A stretch of 64,000 nucleotides of DNA from Lytechinus pictus (taxonomy: Eukaryota): the NCBI RefSeq assembly GCF_037042905.1, contig NW_026974140.1, forward strand, positions 1,118,001 through 1,182,000, given 5' to 3'. Below, in pieces: positions 1 through 13,279 of the stretch; the stretch's first letter is position 1; each line of letters begins with the position of its first letter. The position numbers and the translations under genes are program-made. The notes below the pieces were generated by a model, which saw only the letters and a list, made by a program, of their open reading frames with translations, did not search any database and was not told where the DNA came from.

Positions 1-638
1 TATATACATGGTAGTTAATATACAGTATATCGGTAGATCTAGATCTAAAGACTGTAAGAAGACTTACTTTTGCCCTTACAAGCTGTAACAAAGACTCGGT
101 CTAATGTTTTCACTGAAAATGAATTATCCATAAATTCCCCAGATCTATTCAACCCAGCAATTGCAGCAATGGTACCACGCTACAACAGAATAAAGACAGA
201 CACTAGTCTTGCATCAGCCATGCATTCTTTTGCTAAATATGCCGGGGCAGCAAGAGTACTTCAAAAGAGAGGCAAAAAGGCAGGGAATGTGAAACGTGTT
301 CGCATGAATGGTAGCAAACACATTGGTGTTCAACCTACTGCCACTGCAAGACGGAGAACTTCAAGTCACATGGGTAGAGGAGGGGCAAGGCTGAAAGAGC
401 TTGTCTTCCTAATTAATTTGACACCATTTGTATCAAAATTTGATGAAAATTGAGACAGGGTCAGTAAAAAGAAATTATTTTTTACAGGATATCAAAAAAA
501 GGTATATACATAGTAGTTAATACACTATATCGGTAGATCTAGATCTAAAGACTGTAAGAAGGCGTACTTTTACCATTACAAGCTGTAACAAAGACTCAGT
601 CTAATGTTTTCACTGAAAATGAATTATCCATAAATTCC
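1..638 (+). repeat. Local duplication (1-137 repeated at 503-638) with an intervening copy (about 133-393) of the exon at 2272-2526
   Basis: tatatacat.gtagttaata...gaattatccataaattcc occurs at 1-137 and 503-638. Bases about 136-393 match about 2276-2526 (ccccagatctattc...ggggcaaggctg). Confidence 0.9.
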
Positions 639-1028
639 ATTGTCAGATTTACAAAAATTCTTAAGGAAAATATCAAAATATGTGTTGTTTTTATATAATT
701 TTTTTTTTATGAAAGTTGCTATAGATGGGGAAGCATCTAAAAACTCTTTAAGGTTTTCTTGATACAATGCAAAGGTATAATACTTTGTTTTGATTTTAGG
801 GTCACTGGGTCAAAGGTCACAGGTTATTTTGTGAAAAACAATTCTGGTACAGTATTTTACATACTATGAGACATGAACATGTAACTTGGTGTGAGGGTAG
901 AATATGACAAGACAAATATTATCTGGTATTTTGGGGTCAGAGGTCGGAGGTCACAGGACTCATTTGCATGTATATTTGATCTCTTACAGGGCTATAAATA
1001 TCGGTAAATGATATTTCAATATCAATTG

Positions 1029-1505
1029 TTATGCCTCCACCAAGAAAGTGGCCCTATGTTCTATGATTGGGTCAAAGGCATTGAGGTCAGGTCATTATTT
1101 GAAATATGGGAATTTTGGTTATTATTTAACCCGTTGGCTACAGGATACGTGTGGTACCTGTACAAAGTCTATGGGAATTAAAATAATTCCATAGCCTACG
1201 GATTTAGAGAAATGTAACCAACTTCAAACTTGGCAAAAAATAAGCAATATATATGGTTACATGAGGTGTTAGGTCAATGATCATGAAGGTCATTATGCAA
1301 GTGAAAATGTTTTTTTGATGCATACATTCTTATCATTTTCAAAGTTATGCAGGTACATCATAACAGTTCACATATTTTTTTTTTTTGGGGGGGGGGCAAA
1401 ACAATTGTGGTTATTTTAAACAATGATTCAGATTTGTACAGTTATTGATCATGCACTCAGCAGAGGCATAATTTTCGACCATGGGTGGTCGAAATCCATC
1501 TAGTT
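1029..1505 (+). mobile_element. Helentron-associated non-autonomous element (HINE-like)
   Basis: Sub-terminal inverted repeat ttatgcctc (1029-1037) / gaggcataa (1463-1471). It is followed by the hairpin tttcgacc-N6-ggtcgaaa (1473-1494) and a ctagtt end. ggtcaaagg-type motifs lie inside. Confidence 0.6.
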
Positions 1506-1886
1506 TTAAAATGTCATCATAACATAGGAAGCATATGGACCTAGTTCATGAAACTTGGACATAAGGGTAACCAAGTATCACTCTTCATCTTGTATGAGTT
1601 TCCTTGTCAAATGATCTAGGTCAAAGAACATTGTTTAGGGACAGTGAACTTAGACCACAGTAAGTTTTTTTTATGTCAGCATTACTTTAAAAAGTATAAG
1701 GGCCTATTTCATGAAACTTGGACAAAAGGTTATTCAAGTATTGCTGATAATTTTGCATGAGTTGCGGGTCACATGGTCAATGTCAAAGGTCATTTAGGGT
1801 TAATGAACTTTGACCATCAAAGTCAGCACTGCTGCTATATTGAATTGCGTACTGCAGGCGAGACTGCCAGAGGCGTTCCAATTGTT
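1506..1886 (+). mobile_element. 5'-truncated HINE of the 14015-15151 family
   Basis: Same internal unit (ggacctagttcatgaaacttggacataag...ggtcaaaggtca) and same 3' end (caaagtcagcactgctgctatattgaat...gcaggcgagactgccagagg) as 15083-15151. Confidence 0.75.
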
Positions 1887-2215
1887 GTCTGTTTGTTTTT
1901 GTTTGGCACTTGCTCGCCAAGGATCTGCAACTTCGGGTGCAAATTAGTGCTCATCAACTTGATCATTGAATTATATGAATTACATGTGTATGTGTCAATT
2001 ACTAGGAATAAATTTCTGCAACAAATTGCTGGTCTTTGATATATGTTTCGTTAAAATTTTCACTTATAATAAATTCTTATTTTTAGAGCAATATATTGTA
2101 CATTTCTGCAGTGAGTTAAGTTTTCAGATTATTTCATCAGTAGAATCATATGTTGATTGTGTTGATTGTGTCAATGTTACACTTGTAACATTGATGCTCT
2201 CTATTTCTATTTCAG

Positions 2216-2704
2216 ATGATCTAATGGGACAGTTCAGGGATATGTGTCAGGAGATGGAGTCCACATTTGAGAAATCCCCAGATCTATTCCACCCAGCAAT
2301 TGCAGCAATGGTACAACGCTACAACAGAATAAAGACAGACACTAGTCTTGCATCAGCCATGCCTTCCTTTGGTAAATATGCCGGGGCAGCAAGAGCACTT
2401 CAAAAGAGAGGCAAAAAGGCAGGGAATGTGAAACGTGTTCGCCTGAGTGGTAGCAAACACATTGGTGTTCAACCTGCTGCCACTGAAAGACGGAGAAGTC
2501 ACAAGGGTAGAGGAGGGGCAAGGCTGCATGCTGGGCGGCCATCAAAATCATCTAACATTCCTGAGCATGGCTATTCAAACACCCAATCATCAGTCCTCTG
2601 CTGTTCTCCCTCTGCCACGTAGACGGAGAGTGCCAGCACCACACAATCTAAGCCATGCTGTCGCCGTCAACCAGTCACTTGGTAAAACGCATAGTTCCAA
2701 ATGA
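2216..2704 (+). pseudogene. Frameshifted terminal exon; C-terminus resembles invertebrate MULE/SWIM transposase-related proteins
   Basis: Acceptor ctctctatttctatttcag ends at 2215. The frame reads DLMGQFRDMCQE...HIGVQPAATERRR...GRP, then shifts near 2575-2590 to ...PRRRRVPAPHNLSHAVAVNQSLGKTHSSK*. The family call rests on recalled motif similarity (VQP..RR..GRP..HNLS..V..N..K.H) and is unverified. Confidence 0.5.
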
Positions 2705-2779
2705 AGAAGACTGTACAATCGAGCACTGATAGAATGAGATGTTATGTTAACAGGGTTATAGGCTTGGTCCCCAGCCATT

Positions 2780-3352
2780 TAAATAGGAGTAAACTGTACA
2801 AGCGTGTTGTACACTCAATAACTGTATATAGGTTTGAGGTATTATCACCAAATTCATACAAGAGATTCATCTCAGGAATGCTCAGGTCAAGTGCAAGTAC
2901 TTGTCAAATAGAACAAGGTCAATGAACTTTTCATAATAAGCACTATACAGTATGTTATACACACAACAGCTTTTCATTAATTTGAGGTAAGATCACCAAT
3001 TACATACCAGAGGTTTATCTCATGAATGTTCAGGTCAAATTCAAATAGTGATCAAATCGACAAAGTTCAAATATGAAAAAGATCGTTGAACTTTCCATAT
3101 AAAAAACACTGTCTGTAATCATATTTACATGCACAGTAATGTTTTATAAGTTTGAGGTAGAATCGCCAAATTCACACCAGGGGTACATCCTATGAAAGCT
3201 TGGGTCAAGTTTGAATACTGATCAAATTGACCAAGGTCAGAAGGTCAATTAACTTTCTATTATAAGTACTACAGTATGTGATATACACGCGATAGCTGTC
3301 AAATCAGCGTTCGCGATTCAGGCGAGACTTGTGGTTCGAGAACCATCTTGTT
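2780..3352 (+). mobile_element. Degenerate HINE-like element with ggtcaa tandem units
   Basis: Three diverged units (tttgaggta...caccaaattcat...ggtcaa) and a 3' end caggcgagact + tggttc-ga-gaacca hairpin + tcttgtt. Confidence 0.55.
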
Positions 3353-3649
3353 GCAAAGCACACAACGCTGACTTATCCTGTGAGATGTTCAGGCACTTGA
3401 TATATATTATCTTTACCTATACCGGGTGTCCCCCCCCCCCCCAAGCGGAACGGTCCAGTTTCAGCACTTTGCTGTGTTCAGACAGATATTCTTATCACTT
3501 TAGTCAATAGAGCATCTTCTCCTCTTGAAAAAAATATCTCAAACATTCCAAAGCATATTTTGGTAACAAATATTACGGTCCTCCACAAACTAGGCCTACT
3601 TCCCCAATCCACTTCCTCCATGTCCTCTCCAGTTTGCCTGGTTTCACAA

Positions 3650-3962
3650 CAATGTTATTCAGTTTCAGAATAACAAAACTTTTTTATTTCGGATCATTAA
3701 ACCTTGGGAATAATGAACATTAATTTAGCTTCGGACTATCAAACTTTCGGAATAACAAACCTTATGTCGATTTCGGTCTCACAGACCTTCTGATTAACAA
3801 ATCTTCAAAATAACAAACAATTAGGAATAATGCGAGAAATGTTTGGATTAATGAACCCTTTTTTTCATTTTAGGACCAACAAACAGCTTGATATATATTT
3901 GCGTGTTTCTGAATAACGAACCTTTGGAATAACAAAAAAAAAATTATTCCAGAATAACAAAC
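3650..3962. repeat. Degenerate copy of the ttcggaataacgaacc foldback repeat family
   Basis: Repeated gaataac(a/g)aac(c)tt motifs, similar to the right arm of 15872-16414. Confidence 0.55.
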
Positions 3963-6569
3963 ACATGGTCACAGCTTTTTTTTTAAATAAGAGTTAGTAG
4001 CAAATTCACTTTTGTCTTGCTAGTTGTGCTCCAAACAAGGACAAGTGCATTATAAAGCTCTTGTAATGTTATTGATATTATGATCATTCCATATGTTAAG
4101 TAAGATTCAGTAAATTTGGGGGAATAAATTCAGTTTTTATTTCCCAAAAAAATTAGTTGATTGCTTTTCGACCAGAGGACTGCCTTTGTGAGATATACGT
4201 GTATCATGACATCACATGTATTTATTTGTACCTGGGGAGAATGAACATTTCTAAAGTAAATATATTACCTATCCAAATGGTTTTCTTTTGTGTCATAATA
4301 GTTTATTGTATCTAAGCCAAAAGCATGACTCTATCCTAGATAAATAAATATTCATTTAGAAATCACTGTATTCATATACATGTATGTGTGAGAATATAAA
4401 GAATATTTATGATTATAATACACATTAGTAGTTTCATAGTTCAATTGTCTAGTAGCTGTACCAGTACCCCATGACTGGAAATGCAAAACTATGGAATGGG
4501 GCAAGACATTTGTTTACTTGTATTTTTGTACGAAGACATTTTGATATAACACACCCCAGCACAAGTGTATGCATTACTTAGTCTAGTATTCAGCCTGTTT
4601 TAAAGTGGGTAGAAATATAGATATCCATGCTGACGAATGTGTGCCTGTAAAATTATGGCCCCCTGGAAAAGGCTGTCATAAAATCCAATGAACGTAGTAT
4701 TAATAATATGTAATGATATGTGGTAAATGATTTAATCAGTACGTTATTGGGAAATAAGACCCCAAATATTTATTCAAAAGAGGAAATAAATCTGTATTGC
4801 ATTGTCAAAGCTGCAACATTAATTTCTTTATTTTTTATCACAAATCAATAATACTTTATGATTGTGCAGCCAAAACAAAGTATGAACATTTGGCAATCCT
4901 TTCCAATCTATTACAGTTGCCAATTTGCATTTTAAATAGTGATCTTAATCTTTGGATTTTAGGATTTGCTGATTGTTGTGCCTAAAAAAATCCCATGGGC
5001 CATCGCAACATTAAATGTGATATATTATGGCTTTTGTTTTGCAGTATTTCTTTTGGTACATAATTCTGAATTTTTGGTAAATCTAATCCAGAAGTATTGC
5101 ATCAGACCACATCTTGCTGTAGTTAACTAAAAAAGCACTTGCTACTAATATATACAAAAACAAATGTTTTTTTTTTCTTTATAACAAGGACAATCGTCAT
5201 GCCTGTTCATACAAAAGCAAATGCTAGTTGTGATGTGTTTAAAAACTCATATTTATTGAAGTTTCATATCGTCGCTGTGCTGTTAAGACCTTGAAACAAA
5301 ACAAAAAAATTTCAGGAGAGCGAAAAAACATTCTTATTTTAACAAATTATGTATGTAGAATACGCTATTTGAATTTAAAACCATGTTTGATAATAAATTT
5401 GCAACCTGGTCTCCTTCTTAAATTAAGCAATACAGCTAAAGTACATTCTTCCTTATATTAACTTATTTGCCAAAATTAAGAAGTAGTTAGAAAGGAGCCC
5501 TCTCAAATCTCACGTCCCTGCTTGGTAAACGTCTTTCATTAATACAGTTGGATACCCCGCCTTCGTTCTCACCCCCTTGATCCCCCTGGGAACATGGCAA
5601 AGAAAGGCGATACTCTTTCTTTCTTCCTTCCTTCCTTTTCTTACTTCCTTTTCTTTATAACTTTTACTTCCTATTTCAATCCTTTCTTTTCTTTCTATCT
5701 GTGTGTGTGTGGGGGGTTAATTATTTTTTTCCAACTCAGGTGCTAGCCTGCAAATGAGACTAACGGTACTTTGCCCACTCTCACGCTAGCTGGATGGATC
5801 GGCTGTATCAGTACTGTTTCGATATGAAGGCACAGCCGCCCGGCCTGGCCGCGCCGGCTGCCCATGCACCGCCGGCCGGGAGCTTCAGTATCAATCTTGT
5901 CCATTTCCAGCGGCGCGGCCGCGGGACAAGTGAAGACGAATATGGTTTCTAAAAGGAAATCAAAACATGGCGAAACATCCTAAGGTTTTACTAAATGGTA
6001 CCGATACGTATTATGTTGCACGCTTTTTCATAATCTAAGTTAGAGTTCGTTTCATGCACAGGAGTTTTTAGCATGTGTCTAGAATCTAGATGATCTATCT
6101 AAAACTAAAAAGTTAGATCTAGAATTTCAAGAAATAGAATTGTTTACGGTAGATACCGAGCCCACTCAGTCAAGCCAAGGGTTCATTACGGTACATACTA
6201 CATGCCGTCGTGCACGGGAAAATCAAGGCACGACGCATGCAACTCTATGATCTGATCCTTCCACAGAATTTGGAGATTCCTGGAGGCCAGAATCCACTTC
6301 CATGCGATTGCACGGAATAAATAATTTCTACGAAATCTAATATCTAATCAAATTGTTCCATTTCAAATCAAATTATTCCATTTCCAAGTCATATCGTCGG
6401 CGGTCGACCATCCGAACCGTCGTTATTGTAATCGTATCCACATACGATGCCGGGGGGACACAATATATAATGAATAGTGGGTATTAGACCAAAATGCTGA
6501 ATGGTCTCTGTTGGTTGTTCCGCTGAACTCCGTTGGCTCCACTCACCAAACAGGTTATGGCAAGTCTCG

Positions 6570-7010
6570 GGCCCCAAGTCTGCGCAGTCCCCCTTGTCTG
6601 TGCACACGCGTATCTGCGCGATTCTAGTAAAAGAAGACACGCAACGAGCACAAACTTTACACATGCAATACATACACAGGTATTCATAAAAAAATCTGAC
6701 TCAAATTGGTAAGAAAATAATGAATTTAGGGCATTTCATGTGACGGCCTCAAATGCAGCCTTTCTCATCAAAATCCCCGAATCGTGTGCAAAGTGAATGA
6801 GTGCGCAGACATGGGTTACCATTTTTTTTTCAATCTGAAAATGGCTGCCCGAGGTTTTTTCAAGAAAATACTATATTTTCTTTCTTTTTTTAATGAGAAA
6901 TTTGGTACACTTTCAATAATATAAGGAACATTATTAACTGAAAGATTTTGTGAAATAAGAAATTCATGTTAAATCTTAACTCAAATTGTTAGGTGCGCAG
7001 ACTTGGGGCC
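6570..7010. mobile_element. TIR-bounded MITE, or terminus of a larger DNA transposon
   Basis: 17-bp inverted repeat ggccccaagtctgcgca (about 6570) / tgcgcagacttggggcc (about 6994-7010), plus an internal partial copy at about 6802. Confidence 0.5.
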
Positions 7011-7467
7011 TACCATCAAATACTACTAATCTCACAATACGTGTTAGTGCTCATCAAATAGGTACAGAGACCGAAGTTCTAGCTCGATCTGTAGGCTACA
7101 GGGACTAAATGACAATGGCCATACCGTATGTTTATGTATTGAGTTCGGATAAAACGGGGAAGTGAAGTTGCACAACAGCCAAAGTAAGTCACTGTTTTTT
7201 CCCCTTTCTAAGTTTATTTTCCCGGTTTTGGTGCATTTCAGGCCAAAACGGAAGAATCTTTTTTTTTGGTCCAGTTCTTTTTATATATTTTTATGAAACA
7301 AAGACAAAAATCGATGAGCCCCGTCGGGGGGATTTTGCATTGTTAACCTTCTAATGGTGGCTGCACGATAGCGAGTCGCCTGTGACTGTGTACGAGTAGA
7401 AATATTAAAAATTTAAAATGTTAAAAAAACTCCTCGAAATAGACTGCTGCCAGCTGTCTATTAAAAA

Positions 7468-7940
7468 GTGGATATGTGCCACAGAGAGGACCCCCATTTT
7501 TCCACTCAAATTTCTGTTCCAAGGCATAGAATTTTTATCTTATTGCGAAAAAAACTAAGAAAGCCGCTCCAAAGCATAGCATTTTCTTCTTATCTAGAAA
7601 GAAGAGGAAAGAAATTCATTCCAAAGCTTTGCATATTTTTCATTACGCCGTTCCGGCCACAATGATCCGCTACAGTTAGCTGCATTTTTTATGAAAAGCG
7701 GCCCTAGAGCGCTGTCCGACCATTGCCTCTGGGCGAGCGCACACGGCGCCTGTGTCGCCGGACTAGCTGCATGCACATATGCCCGTTCCATAGGGATGCA
7801 TACGCACTCACACACAGGCGACCCGTTCCAAGGACCCCCTTTTTCACAAACATTTGTAATTCCGAAGCTTGTTCCGATGACCCTCCTTTTTCATTACAAT
7901 AAGCCCGCTCCAAAGCTCGCCCGCGGCACATACCTACCAC
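7468..7940. mobile_element. MITE with imperfect TIRs
   Basis: ggatatgtgccacagagag (about 7470) is inverted to ctcgcccgcggcacatacc (about 7916-7934). gacccc...tttt and gttccaa motifs repeat inside. Confidence 0.55.
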
Positions 7941-8091
7941 TCTTTTGGTAGAGAAGTTTTTTTTGGTCTTGACGTCGCTGCATTTTGATGCCGCGCCAAC
8001 ATCAATTTTTGGCCTAAAGTCTAAAGAGGGCGCGCGATTAATATTCATATCAAAGACACAACAACAAGGACAAGGGAAAGACTAGGCTTAA

Positions 8092-9533
8092 AGTTGAATT
8101 AAGAAGACGATTCCAAATATTGAGATATTTACATTAATAGCAACCTTACAACCCTCCAAACACTAATAGGCGATTCGACCCCCCATTTTCTTTTTTCAAA
8201 ATAGTGAATTTGAACGATTTATCCCTACCCATTTTCCCTGAGTTCGCTCCTGCAATGCCTACCGAGACGGGTGTTCTTTGAGTGTGACGTCACCGGGGGG
8301 TATTCGGTCCCGGTGGCAGTGCCGTTTTGTGTACTATGCACGTACTCCTTCATATGGAATAACTGCAGTTGAAGTTGTATCTGCGAGCCATAGAACTTGC
8401 AAAGAGGAAATGATTAAAATATTTGTGGCCGTACTATTATTCCAAATATGTTAATTCCCTCAGAATGATACCATAGACCCTAAAGGAATAATTTCAAGGT
8501 GAATAATATGAAATTTGATCGAGATATTCTCACCAGTCGATAACGTAGCAGACGTGTTATTATGACATATTTATCCGCGCGTGACGCGGCTCTTGCAAAA
8601 AAACACAGTTGGTTGCGGAATTGCTTTGTGCCGACCGGCCGCCCGCTCCGGCGCAGCTAGCTGTCGAGCTACCGTACCGTTCTTGTTGTCTTCAACCATA
8701 GAGATGTATACTAATTACTATATATCTTTCTGTCTTCAACTCACTTCCGAATTGCGTTTGTATGTGTGACGGTGACCCCTAGCGTAATTAAATATAGAAA
8801 ACAACTCAGAAGGCCGAGAAAGAATACTATACGTTTGGTTCAAGATTGTTCTGTGGAATGAGCTATGAGTGGAAATGATCCAGAGGATATAAAAGTGGAG
8901 TCAAAGACAAAAGAAAAGAAGAAAAAACGCCAGGGGATCGCTGCACGGCCATGAACTAAGTCGACATTCCAGACCATAACAGTACACTCAATGCCTGGGT
9001 GTTGTGTGTACTAGTATTATGCGTTCAGCGCGCGCTGAGCTAGCCGCCGGAATTACTTTCCAGCTACTCACTTGATTGAACATCGTGATAAAATAAATGA
9101 GAAATAGTGAAAATATCATTCAATAATTCACTGTTTGCTATCTTACATCATGATTGAAGAGTTCATGGTGGTTATTCATACTGTTTTTTATACAGGGAAA
9201 GTAAAGATTTGTACATATCAGTCCTATTTGTTTGATTTGAGTTGCTTTGAAAAAAAATTGTAAAAAAGCTTTCTCTCTCTGCATAGCATTTCTGTATGAC
9301 ATTCAGGCACCTCTTATACTAAATTCCCCCCGGTGACGTCACACTCCGAGTGACTTTTCTGTACACTCGTCTCTCGGGCTCTGACAGGTGGCTAATTTCA
9401 TAGACTTTCAAAGCAAAATATCGAGAAGGCAGAGGATTATTGTGACATGCTATGTGTTTGAACAACTTATATATACTATATATTGTATGTAGAACCTATA
9501 TTTATGGAAACTCACCCCCTTCTTAATTCAACT
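8092..9533. mobile_element. Non-autonomous Kolobok-like (TTAA-targeting) DNA transposon
   Basis: TTAA at 8088-8091 and 9534-9537. TIR agttgaattaagaag / cttcttaattcaact. A 21-bp subterminal IR gagtgtgacgtcaccgggggg (about 8280) / ccccccggtgacgtcacactc (about 9326). Confidence 0.8.
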
Positions 9534-10660
9534 TTAAGTGAAGTCACTGGGCACCTAATTACACGCAAATCAATGCAAATCACTGCGCGAAGTCCGTTAA
9601 GTGTCCAACCCTTATTGTATAGACTTTGGTCATGTTAATTGGTAGACCATATTATTGACAATTGAACAAAGCTTGTACTGCTGGTTTCGTTCAAGGAACG
9701 TAGATTTTTTCAATTTTTTTTCGAATTAGTCATCGCTTAAAATTCGATCTATTTGCAAAAAAGTGTTATCATCCCCAATAATAATCTTAAATTCGATCTA
9801 TGTTTTTTTTATTATTGGTGCCCATATTTAATCAAGTAATCATAAGAAGTGCGCATTCAAAGAACTAGACACAGTTTAGTAATAAAATTACCCTGGAGTT
9901 GAATCAAGGCTGTGAAATTTATTAGCGCCACCATCGGGCTTCCTTTAATTTCCGTAAAAGAGACATGCAAAGTCGCCGAGGTAAGCGAATTTGCTCTTTT
10001 TTGTATGATTTTGATTTATAAATTTAAAACTAAAATTACGATTGTATGGCTACTCACCGGAAAGAGCCCCGGTGAGTAGCGAGAATGAGTTTCGGCAAAT
10101 ATTACTTCTGCAATGAAGCGATGTTTGCTGACTACTTAGAAATATACATGTAGTACTTCGTACTAGAGTGAGTGCACCAAGCCAGGAGCGGCAGGACAAA
10201 GACTAACAGTAACTAAGACACAGAAATAGACCCGAATGTTATAGGAATTTTTTTTATGTTGGAATACATAAGACATAGAATAGCCTAAATAACGTAGTTG
10301 TCACTGCCCAAATTGTGCACAGTTTTAAAGCTGCTCTTGATAGGAGCCTAGATGATGGAAAAAACGAGCCAATAAAATATGACTACGAAAGCCCTGTTCC
10401 CGGTATACCTACATCATTGTCCTCAGGCGATGGTTCGAGCTAGCTTGCTTGCCCCCTTTTCGATCCCATAACGCATTGCGGTTCTGTTTAATGATAAACC
10501 TAATATACAGAGGCATAACATGCCTAACGTAACATTAAAAAACTTCCCTCTCTAGGCCTATGTATCTCTAACTTGGGTATAATATTATTAATGTTAGACC
10601 TACCGAGGGTACGTTGTCATTAGATCTAGCTGTTAGTGTTAGACTCAATTTAGCGACCTG

Positions 10661-11711
10661 GGGCCCGTTTCTCAACACCGACATAAGGGTAACCTCTTGA
10701 CTAAATCAGAGAGTGAGCTACTTAACCGCTAACCGTTTCATGAAGCCCTCTTTGCCAAGATCGCGGACAACAACCTGACCATTTATTACACCTCAATTTG
10801 TCATAACTTCTTTCTTAATGACGTAGTGGCATCACGTGGGTAGACTATGACAATTATAATCTTGACAATTACAACAATGACAATTATAACAATGACAATT
10901 ATAATCTCACGCAATCAATCATATAAGTTGAAATTATATTGCAAAACAAGTGGGATAGATCATTCAATAAATTTTTTGTAGCATAGAAACCATAAAAACT
11001 GTTGGTAAAACGCCTCAAAACCATTCATTTAAAAAAGAGTAAAATAATTGAATCGACAAAGATTCTACTGCGTCAGGGCCATCCATAACTGGACTCGTAT
11101 TTGCTGTGTTCAGACCCTTATCAACATTTTGATAAATTTTATTCTAATTTATGCATAGAATTTGTGAATTATATGTTTGGTATCTAAAGATTTAAACAAT
11201 TTATGTTACACTATATTTTGATGATGTTTGGAATTATGAAAAACATATAATTATCATCCTTGTACAAAGAAAACATTTATGGTTTACTTCCGTACACTAT
11301 TAAAATTTGATATCCCGGTGGTACCCTTATCAACATCCACAAGTGATTTTTTCAAATGAAATGAATTATTCATAATTTAATTTTCTCAGCAATTGAATGC
11401 TCCATTCTTCATAGTTTAAGTATGTATGGTGCATATTTTGCCTCTGCTATTATTTTGATTAGATGTATTTCCCATTTTCATCACAATATTTGCAGTTTAA
11501 ATGATTTTGCTTTTTGAAAATTATGCTGTTTTGTGACTAAGGCTACGTCTCATCTGCTCTTTATACCGATAGTATCGATATCAAGGGATTCTAGTTAGGA
11601 AAAGGCTAGTTAGGAAGCTCCTCGTGAAACGGGTTTAGTAAGATTGGAACTAACTTCGTGGTTGGTGGATAAAGATATGACTAACTTGTCCAGGTGTTGA
11701 GAAACGGGCCC
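10661..11711. mobile_element. Non-autonomous PIF/Harbinger-like element
   Basis: 19-bp TIR gggcccgtttctcaacacc / ggtgttgagaaacgggccc. Flanks are ctg/caa (imperfect CWG-type target). Subterminal IR aaccgtttcatga / tcgtgaaacgggtt. Confidence 0.8.
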
Positions 11712-11782
11712 CAAGTGCAAATGATTGATGAATACGTCTAGAAATCTGTAACTTTAGACTCTTAGCTAATGTTAGTCACCTA

Positions 11783-11990
11783 CTACCTCAGGCGATGGTT
11801 AGTGTAGGCTTCACTACATTTCACTACCGCTACCTTCCGCGATTTTACCATAAAGTGCCACAGTTTGTCACTGGTTTATAGGAGAAAATTTTTGTTCCCC
11901 GATGATTCGGATACATGTAGGTGGAGTGGAGGGTAGTGCAGTGGTAGTGACGTGTAGTGGAGCATATATACGAACCATCGCCTGAGGTAG
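11783..11990. mobile_element. Palindromic MITE (second copy at 28667-28810)
   Basis: 18-bp TIR ctacctcaggcgatggtt / aaccatcgcctgaggtag, with extended imperfect arms. Confidence 0.8.
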
Positions 11991-13279
11991 TCGCGTACTA
12001 ATTAGTCTTCCATAATTAAGTACGATATCAGCCAATATGTGTAAGTGGGTACCATCAAATGAGCACACCTAAAAACTTAAGATTAGACTAGCCTCACGAC
12101 GTTACACCTTTAACATAGGGGGTCTAGGGTTATTTTTATTTTACAAAACATTCCCTTGAATGTTCTTCATGTTGTGAGTAGATCTAGATCTAAATGATTA
12201 CATCAAAGTGTGCCAAAATTTTAGTTTCAATGAGGTAGTTCCACAGTAGTGAAACCACCACATATCGACCTCCTTATGCGCATTAAGATTACTGCATATT
12301 ACAAACGCTACGCAAGGGAGAGTAACGTTAGGTGCATCAATTGTCCATAGGAATGATAAGAATTTATTTTACAAGGGAGAAAGATATTAAAAGGTAACAA
12401 TTTTGCTGAACGTTGTCAATCGTTGAAGCCGGAGCTTGCAGTGGAAGTAACAAGACAATCATTTATCATGGTGACGTCATAGAAATTCGGAAGTGTTGAA
12501 ATATTTCGCCACAGCGACAAGAATCGGCCATAAACTTAGTGTGTGGCGGGTGGTCGGTTTAAAAAGAAGGGTGCAAATGAGCAAATGTGAAATCGTGGCA
12601 TTCGTTGTTTGCTGATATATGCCTGCAAAGAATCAAAATATGCTCCTTGACCTGTATTTTTTTTCTTCTTTGACAAAAGCAGGGATCAATTGGTGCATGA
12701 TTTTGTGGTTGATTCACTTATCAAAATATTTTATGTTTGTTTCCCCTATTTATGTTTAAGATGCTTCCTCAGAAACTGATGACAATGCCATGGACACAAA
12801 TTGAGATTGTAGCTGTCTATTTGCCAGCAGAAAGTAGCCATCAACAAACTTGCTGGTAACTATTTTTTTCTACTACCCTGACAAATTACTACTTGAGCTG
12901 AATTTCGATCAACAGTAGTAGTTCCCATTACCGTATTCAGTTCAGTATCAACCAATAGAACTCAATGTGATTTATGTATAATACATCTAGACCCTAGGCC
13001 CAGTGCTCTGGGTATATGGCTGAACATGTCAGTTCACAAACTTTGCTAAGTATTTTACTGGAAAAGTAAAACAATACTGGGGATAAGTAGCCAAACAATC
13101 CAAAGATGTTATTGGCAGTAAAAAAAAATTAAAGCAGTTATTCTGAGCTGTGTTGAGTTGTACTATACCAAAGTACAGTTAAATGTTTACTATGACCTCA
13201 CAATGCCTCATGGTGAAAATTGTGACAAAAAAATTTACTTATAAAGTCAAATGCTAAATAAAGAATCAAATATGATTAA

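Noticed and set aside
6389..6689. Cys-rich ORFs (MYCMCKVCARC...)
   Set aside because: No recognisable zinc-finger spacing or splice context. The Cys codons arise from tg-rich sequence.
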